Shown: in pieces, positions 54,863-64,000 of the stretch
Layout of the letters: each line of letters opens with the position of its first letter
How positions within the stretch are numbered: position 1 is the first letter of the stretch
Origin: Octopus vulgaris
Lineage: Eukaryota
Assembly (NCBI GenBank): GCA_951406725.2
Contig: OX597835.1
Coordinates: 22,320,001 to 22,384,000 of the forward strand
Direction of reading: 5' to 3'
DNA length: 64,000 nt
Translations under genes and position numbers: made by a program
Notes under the pieces: model-generated
Told to the model about the DNA's origin: nothing
The model's input: the letters and a program-made list of their open reading frames with translations, nothing else
Database searches by the model: none

Positions 54863-55226
54863 TCTTTATATATAAAAGTGAGGTTGTGTGCTGTCTGTCT
54901 CCTACGATTTAGATTCCTAACTACTTCCACATTTTGCGGTGCAGTTTAACCAAAACCGGGTATCTTATAGTCGTGATTCATATCGAGCCCTTCTGGGTAT
55001 TAGCGCGCGTCTACGATGAGTCTACGATTTTAAAAAAATTTACCATCAATTTTTCCCATTTTTAATGCATTTTTGGCATATATAAGGGAAGTAACGCTCT
55101 AAAGATATATTATTAAATCTCAGAGCGGTTAACCATATTGAGATGGCTATTATACTTTACATCTCTAAAAATGCTTATATAGTTATTTCCCTTACAAACC
55201 CGAGCAACGCCGGGCGATACTGCTAG
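54863..55226 (+). mobile_element. Non-autonomous Helitron (364 bp)
   Basis: a|TC...hairpin...CTAG|t. Confidence 0.87.
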
Positions 55227-55441
55227 TCTTTTTATAAATTTAAGCACGGAAATTTCTTATAAATGGGAGAGAGATAAAAAAAGATAGAGAGTAAGAGAAA
55301 TCGATGGAGAGTCCGAGAAAAGGAAGAGTAAGAGAATGGGAAAGTGAGAGAGAAAGGAGAGAGAAACAAAGAGGGAGAATGTGGCGATAAGAAACAGAAA
55401 GGAAGCAGCAGAAAGTAACATCCACACCTATATATATATAT

Positions 55442-57012
<1,571 letters not shown>

Positions 57013-57758
57013 ATTTATAGATAATATAAAAACATTCATTCTTATATTATTGCGGCGTTACGTTGCACCCCCCCGTTTGTTTGTCCAATTTTAAACCCTG
57101 CACGACTTCTATACACACTGTCTTTCTTACCCGCCATTGCTTCTTCACCAAACTTTTTGGCGCCCTCCGATTCTTCCCCTCTCTTCCTCCCATCCTCCTC
57201 CCCTCTTCCTCCCATCCTCCTTAATCCCTTCTTTCTCCTTTTCTCTTGGTCACTGATTCTGTCCCCTGCCTTCCACCCTCTTTGATTCCCTCTCTCTCTG
57301 TCTCTCTTTCTCTCTCTCTCCTGCGACCTGCTGTTTCTTAAACCATTCTGTTGGCCATCGTATCTCGACCAACATGTGTCCCCACTACCGAAACGGTAAT
57401 TATTTCTACGCCAGCTATGTTGTTGTTGTTTTTGTCTCCTTTGGTCTAAAGTCGTATGACAACCATCGTTATATATATTTTGTTTATTCATTACTGTTTT
57501 CAATTTCGTTTTCGTCTCTTGTATTTACATCCGTCTTGTGCGTTCACATTCCTGTCTTCTACCAAGAAATCTAATGCTTACAGCTTAGTTTTTTTTCTTG
57601 GGGCTGGCCGAGTTGGAGCAAATATCAGAATTGAACAGCCGAAATTTGCTATGATGATTCGGTGTCTGACTGAAGATTGAAGGCTTCGAATGATTTGTCT
57701 GTGTTCCGTGTTCGTCCCTTCCTGTATTTCACGTTCATTATATATAAAAACATTCATT

Positions 57759-57920
<162 letters not shown>

Positions 57921-57933
57921 GATTGCATATATA

Positions 57934-58011
<78 letters not shown>

Positions 58012-58492
58012 AGAGAGGGAGAGAGAGTGAGATATAAACACATCACACAAGTATATTGGTCTTGCTTCAAAATTTGAAACTAATATGAACGCAGGTATGG
58101 CTCTGTGATTCAAAATATATTTCCGCAATCATGCCGTTCCAAGCCGGGGCCCAATCCCTTTGTGCCACATCCTAAGTAAATGCCTTCCGTCACAGCCCCG
58201 GATTGACTTCTCCATTTTCAAAGGAATTTCCCAGACGGAAGCTATGGTGTGTGCATGCAAACCTTATCTGACTTTTATCAAAATTCTAGCAGCAATTGAT
58301 TGCATCCGAACCATCTGTTGATATGTGTTTCAGGAAGAGGCACGAACTATTTGTGCTAATGCAGGAAGAGAAATAATATTTGACAACCGACAAATATTCT
58401 CAATTTTTCCTTCATCTTATCTTCTGGCGCAGCTTTTCTTTGTAATACCCTAAAATATACCTTCAGTTGTTTATAATATTGTAGCTTTTGAA

Positions 58493-58523
58493 GTTGGTGT
58501 TGTTGTTGTTACTGCAGCTGTTG

Positions 58524-58555
<32 letters not shown>

Positions 58556-59116
58556 GGTGGTGGTGGTGGTGGTGGTGGTGGTGGTGGTGGTGGTGGTGGT
58601 GGTGGTGGTGGTGGTGGTCGTCGTCGTCGTCGTCGTCGTGGTGGTGGCGGTGGTTGTGGTGGTGGTGATGGTGGTGGTGGTAGTGGTTGTGGTGGTTGTG
58701 GTGGTGATGGTGGTGGTGGTGGTGGTGGTGGTGGTGGTGGTGGTGGTGGTGGTGGTGGTGGTGGTGGTGATGGTGGTGGTGGTAGTGGTTGTGGTGGTGG
58801 TGGTGGTGATGGTGGTGGTGGTGGTGGTGGTGGTGGTGGTGATGGTGGTGGTGGTGGTGGTGGTGGTGGTGGTGGTGGTGGTGGTGGTGATGGTGGTGGT
58901 GGTGGTGACGGTGGTGGTGGTGGTGGTGGTGGTGTGGTGGTGGTGGTGGTGGTGGTGGTGGTGGTGGTGGTGGTGGTGACGGTGGTGGTGACGGTGGTGG
59001 TGGTGGTGGTGATGGTGGTGGTGGTGGTGGTGGTGGTGGTGGTGGTGGTGGTGGTGGTGGTGGTGGTGGTGGTGGTGGTGGTGGTGGTGGTGGTGGTGGT
59101 GGTGGTGGTGGTGGTG
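58493..59116. repeat. (GGT)n array
   Basis: Directly visible. Confidence 0.97.
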
Positions 59117-59338
59117 ATTTGTACTTGCTTTTGTTATGTTGAACTCAAGTTTCTTATTGTATTGTCACTGTTTACGATCTTTGGTAATCCGTCGTAGGTA
59201 ATTCATCGGTGTCGACGAAATAAATACCAGTTACGCACTGGGGTTGACGTAATCGAGCAGCCCCCTCCCTAAAACGTTCAGGCCATGTGCCTAAAGTAGA
59301 TAGGATTATTATTGTTATTATTATTATTGTTGTTGTTA

Positions 59339-59381
<43 letters not shown>

Positions 59382-59413
59382 CATTATTATTATTATCATT
59401 ATTATTATTATTA

Positions 59414-59469
<56 letters not shown>

Positions 59470-59472
<3 letters not shown>

Positions 59473-59769
59473 TAGTATATTTTTTATAGCGTGCTTTCAC
59501 TTCACTACCGAGCGCAGCTCTGTGTGCCTTGGGTATGTGCTGTGATTTGTTGTGATGCTCTGATGGTTATTGTATGGAAAGTGTTCTGCGTAGGATGTGT
59601 GCTGTGCCTAGTAGTGCAATTTTCTGTATGTTATATGTGTTTGTAAGTCCTGGTGTCTTTGTTATGTATTTGCCTGAATACTTTTTTATCATGCCTAATG
59701 CACCTACTATGATAGGAATTGTTTCTGTTTCTAGATTCCACATTCTGGTTACCTCTATTTCCAGGTCTT
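59470..59769 (-). mobile_element. R4/Dong-like LINE 3' end, family I, ending in (AAT)n
   Basis: My translation KDLEIEVTRMWNLETETIPIIVGALGMIKK...IQKIALLGTAHILRRTLSIQ*, then a ~100-nt UTR and (AAT)n. Confidence 0.85.
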
Positions 59770-59817
59770 ATTATTATTATTATAATTATCATCATCATCA
59801 TTATTATTATTATTATT

Positions 59818-60371
59818 GAGTGAGAGAGCAGTTCATGCCATCAAAGTGACACTGGGGTAAAATATACGAAGCCCAATATACCCATCATGACTACTCGTCT
59901 GATAAAGGTACACCAGGCACATGCATCACAACCATATGTGCGCGACATGGTGATCTCATATCAAGATAAACAGCACATGACCTTGCAGGTGGGGCCCAGT
60001 TAGAATTTTCTTCAGGTTGAGTAGCTCATCCCTATCAAACGGTCCCTGAATAAGGGTTGTTTAAGGATGTTGAAAGAACCACTCATGTTTCCAGAGGTGA
60101 ACTATTCAAACCCCAAAGAATCCCTCTCAACACATGGCTATGATGCTCCCCCACTACTTCTGCTCGTGATCAGAGATGCACATATCGTCAGCCACTAAGG
60201 GACATGCTCAACTGGTTTAGGTCAAGCAACTGAAAAGCAAATATGTGGTATTGAGCAGAATATTTGCTGTAGCCCATCTTTTATACCAAGACAAAACAAT
60301 GTACATGATAACACTTCCAATCAGTTAAGATCAGAAGCCATGAGAGCCACTGCCTGGTACTGCATCAGGGC
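59818..60371 (-). mobile_element. 554-bp (AAT)n-associated element, full copy
   Basis: Reverse complement of 23547-24100 with the same two ends. Confidence 0.87.
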
Positions 60372-60432
<61 letters not shown>

Positions 60433-60433
<1 letters not shown>

Positions 60434-60886
60434 TATGTTTGACTTTTGCTTTATGTCTGTACAAGTTGGCTCCAAGTCTCACCCAGAGACCTCAAGAGAC
60501 AACAGGTTGGAAGTTCACGTTGTTGTTATGCCTAGTGTGCCATATATTTGGGGTTTTTTTGGTGTTGTACTAGTGAATGTCTAATACATAAATTTAATTA
60601 AAAAAAAAAGTGTTTTAAACCTTGGGATTACATAGAGAGTATTTTGCGTAGGATATGAGCAGTTCCCATGAGCACTATCTTTTGAATTTCTGCCATTTTG
60701 GGGTTTCCTGGTATCTGCGTTAGGTAGCAATCAGCCCCTTTCGCTATCATTCCCAGGGCACCTATGACAACAGGTATTGTTTTAGTCTTCAGGTTCCACA
60801 TTTTGCTGATTTCTATTTCGAGATCTTTATATTTGCTCAGTTTTTGGTAGGTCTTGACAGATACGTTTATATCGATTGGGACAGTC
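60433..60886 (-). mobile_element. R4/Dong-like LINE 3' end, family II, ending in (AAT)n
   Basis: My translation TVPIDINVSVKTYQKLSKYKDLEIEISKMWNLKTKTIPVVIGALGMI...IQKIVLMGTAHILRKILSM*. Confidence 0.85.
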
Positions 60887-60947
60887 TTTTATTATTATTT
60901 TTTTTAAATTATTATTATTATTGTTGTTGTTGTTGTTGTCGTTGTTG

Positions 60948-60990
<43 letters not shown>

Positions 60991-61322
60991 GGTGACGAGC
61001 TGGCAGAATCGTTAGCACGTCAGACAAAATGCTTAGCGGTTTTTCACTGGCCACTATGTTCTGAGTTCAAATTACGTTGAGGTCGATTTTGCTTTCATCC
61101 TTTCGGGGTCGATAAAATAAGTACCAGTTGCGTACTGGGTTTGATGTCCCAAATTGCAGGCCTTGTGCCTACAATTATTATTATTATTATTACTGAGTGA
61201 GAGAGCAGTGAATGTCATCAAAGTCATGCTGGGGTAAAATATACGAAGCCCAATATACCCATCAGAATACCCGTGGTGGTAAGGGACAAACGCATACACA
61301 AAGACACACACACACACACACA

Positions 61323-61403
<81 letters not shown>

Positions 61404-61519
61404 CGATAGGCTTCTTTCAGTTTCCGTTTACCAATCCACCCACCATCTGGTTGGGAGGCAAGCTTCTTTACACACAACCACGCCTTCTGTGTGTGTGTGT
61501 ACTGAAGGAATATGACTCA

Positions 61520-61846
61520 GTGACTGGAGCGTCGGGCTTACAATCGTGAGGCTGTAATTTCGATTCCCAGACAAGGCAGTGCATTACGTTCTTGCGCAAG
61601 ACTCTTTATTTTACGTTGCTCCAGTTTGCCCAGCTGTAGAAACGAGTTGTGGCGTCACTGGCGCCAAGCTATATCGGCCTTTTCCTTTCCCCTGGATAAC
61701 ATCGGTGGTGAAGAGAGGGGAGACTGGTATGCATGGGTGACTGATGGCCTTCCACAAAACAACCTTGCCCAGGTAGTGCTTCGGAGGGGAATTTTCTAAG
61801 GGTAATGCTATGGTCATTCATGACCGACGGGAGTTTTTACCCTTTT
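61520..61846 (+). mobile_element. tRNA/CORE-like SINE with a further distinct tail
   Basis: tttcgattcccaga...ttcttgcgcaagactctttattttacgttgctccagt resembles the 13688 head; tail unrelated. Confidence 0.6.
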
Positions 61847-61891
61847 AGACAGACAGACAGACAGACAGACAGACATATAGATAGATAGAGT

Positions 61892-62049
<158 letters not shown>

Positions 62050-62054
62050 CAGAC

Positions 62055-62089
<35 letters not shown>

Positions 62090-62092
62090 TAT

Positions 62093-62175
<83 letters not shown>

Positions 62176-62179
62176 TGCA

Positions 62180-62396
62180 CGATTGAAGTGCTACAATGTT
62201 CCTGGCTTTGGGTAAAAAAAAAATTCAGGTGGATCAGTAAATTATTATTTTATTCAACATGTTTCCTCTCAGATTGACCCACTTTTTGCAGAGACCCTTC
62301 ATTTTTTCTAAACCCTGTAAAAGGACTCGGAAAGTTGGGCCACCGGCCAGTCCCATCGCGACGTTCTTAAAACCTGGAACTTTCCAGCACACACGA
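62180..62396 (-). mobile_element. Uninterrupted, diverged copy of the mariner-type MITE
   Basis: Reverse complement aligns across the site interrupted in the 4308 and 10713 copies. Confidence 0.68.
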
Positions 62397-63095
62397 TTTA
62401 CGCACAAGACATCAATCGGTTCGGGACTATGATACAAGACAACTGACCACATTGCCGCACTGTAGGACTGAACCTGAAACTATATGGCTGTAAAGCGAGC
62501 TTCTTAACCCCACAGCTATGTCTTTACCGAAACCATTTTTGCTGCTATTGCTGTACAAAAGCGAATTCCTGTATAGAGGCAAAGTGTCACTCGATAAACC
62601 CCTCCACTTGGAGAGGGGCCTCTGGAATGTACAGTGCCCAGATATGGAAATCGGTAGAGTAAAAACCATAAATAAAGAATATAGTCTTTGTTCATTTCCA
62701 AGAAAAAACTTATAAATCATGTTAACATGAAATACGAGAATTGTTTATAGGGAGCAGGATGTTGTTAATTGGTTGCCCCTCCCATCCTCTATGCATCTTT
62801 ATGCGCGTGCGCAGTCAAATGAGTGAAACAAGTAAAAGAGCAAAGGAATAAAAGAATTTAGGAGTGGCTGTGTGGTAAGTAGCTTGCTTACCAACCACAT
62901 GGTTCCGGGTTCAGTCCTACTGCGTGGCGCCGTGGGCAAGTGTCTCCTACTATAGCCTCGGGTTGACCAAAGTCTTGTGAGTGATGTTTATAGTCCCAGG
63001 AAGACATCTCCTCCAGCTGGCTAACGACGCACATAGTACTCGAATACCAAAAGTAGAGTAATATGCTTTTATTAAAGCTGCAAAATTACCACAAA

Positions 63096-63137
63096 AACTG
63101 ATACTCAGAGTTTCATGTTCCCGTTCGTCGGACAGTT
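63096..63137 (-). ncRNA. Degenerate minimal hammerhead motif in a Penelope-like fragment
   Basis: AACUG-U CCGACGA ACG-GGAA-CAU GAAAC-UCUGA-GU A U-CAGUU followed by AAUAAA; U4 to C change and a stem II mismatch. Confidence 0.5.
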
Positions 63138-64000
63138 ATTATGATGGTGTATGTAATATAGTGTGATGTAGTAAAAATACACGAAGAAGCGTCTAAATTT
63201 GATTGATTGGTTGATTTTCAAAACATAACAGTTGGGTGTTTAGGGTGGGGGTGGGGTTGAAAATTACCAGTAAGGTGAATATGAATGTAAGTATTATTAT
63301 GAGATCGATAAAAACTTTGTTTAAAGCAAAGACCGTAGTAGAAGACTCTTGCTCAAGGTACCTCGCATTGCGACTGAACCCGGAACCATGTGGTAAGGAA
63401 GCGAGCTTCTCACCACATTATCACAATATATGTATGCGTGTATGCGTGTGTGTATGTGTGTATGCGCGTGTATGTGTATACATGTGTGTGTATAGATGCG
63501 TGTGTGTGTGTGTATGTATACACGTGTGTGTATGTGTGCGTATACATGTGTGTTTATGCATGTGTATGTGTATGTGTGCGTACACATGTGTGTCTATACA
63601 TGTGGGTGTATGTGTTTATGCATGCGTGTGTGCATGCGTGTGTGTGTGCGTGTGTGTATGTGTGTGTGTGCATGTATGTATGCGTGTTTGTATGTGTGTG
63701 TATACATATGTGTGTATACATATGTGTGTATACATATGTGTGTATACATATGTGTGTATACATATGTGTGTATACATATGTGTGTATACATATGTGTGTA
63801 TGCGTGTATGCGTATACATGTGTGTGTGAGTTTTAATTACACGTAAAGGTAGACAAGAAGACAAAAGAGAACAAAAGAGGAAAGTAGAAAAACGGGTTTA
63901 GTAAAATAGCTTTAAAGAAAACTGCACCGTTTTAATGCTGCATATTTAAAGAACAACAGAATGAGGGAATAAGAGTTGATGGTTACGTGACTAAGGAGAA

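Overview
AT-rich eukaryotic (animal) DNA, very rich in microsatellites and short interspersed repeats. The repeat landscape fits a coleoid cephalopod, probably Octopus (my recognition, not proven). Nearly all ORFs in the supplied track are translations of simple repeats or SINEs. The one convincing host gene is an intronless class A GPCR (33106..34245, +) resembling vertebrate FFAR4/GPR120, including the Arg2.64 fatty-acid anchor. The rest is a mosaic of at least four tRNA-headed SINE types, non-autonomous Helitrons, mariner/maT/piggyBac/hAT remnants, and CR1, RTE, R4/Dong and HERO-like LINE fragments. Main observations: (i) a SINE and a CR1 LINE share a 3' tail whose stem-loop shows compensatory changes, suggesting a partner pair; (ii) several unrelated minimal hammerhead-ribozyme motifs of Penelope type, one behind a tRNA-derived head; (iii) a discrete 554-bp non-coding element found only in (AAT)n arrays, co-oriented with R4/Dong 3' ends; (iv) SINE multimers with a recurrent tail-to-internal junction; (v) a spacer-less ~1.8-kb microsatellite palindrome. 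No rRNA, genuine tRNA or CRISPR array is supported. Everything was read by eye, so boundaries of degenerate repeats are approximate.
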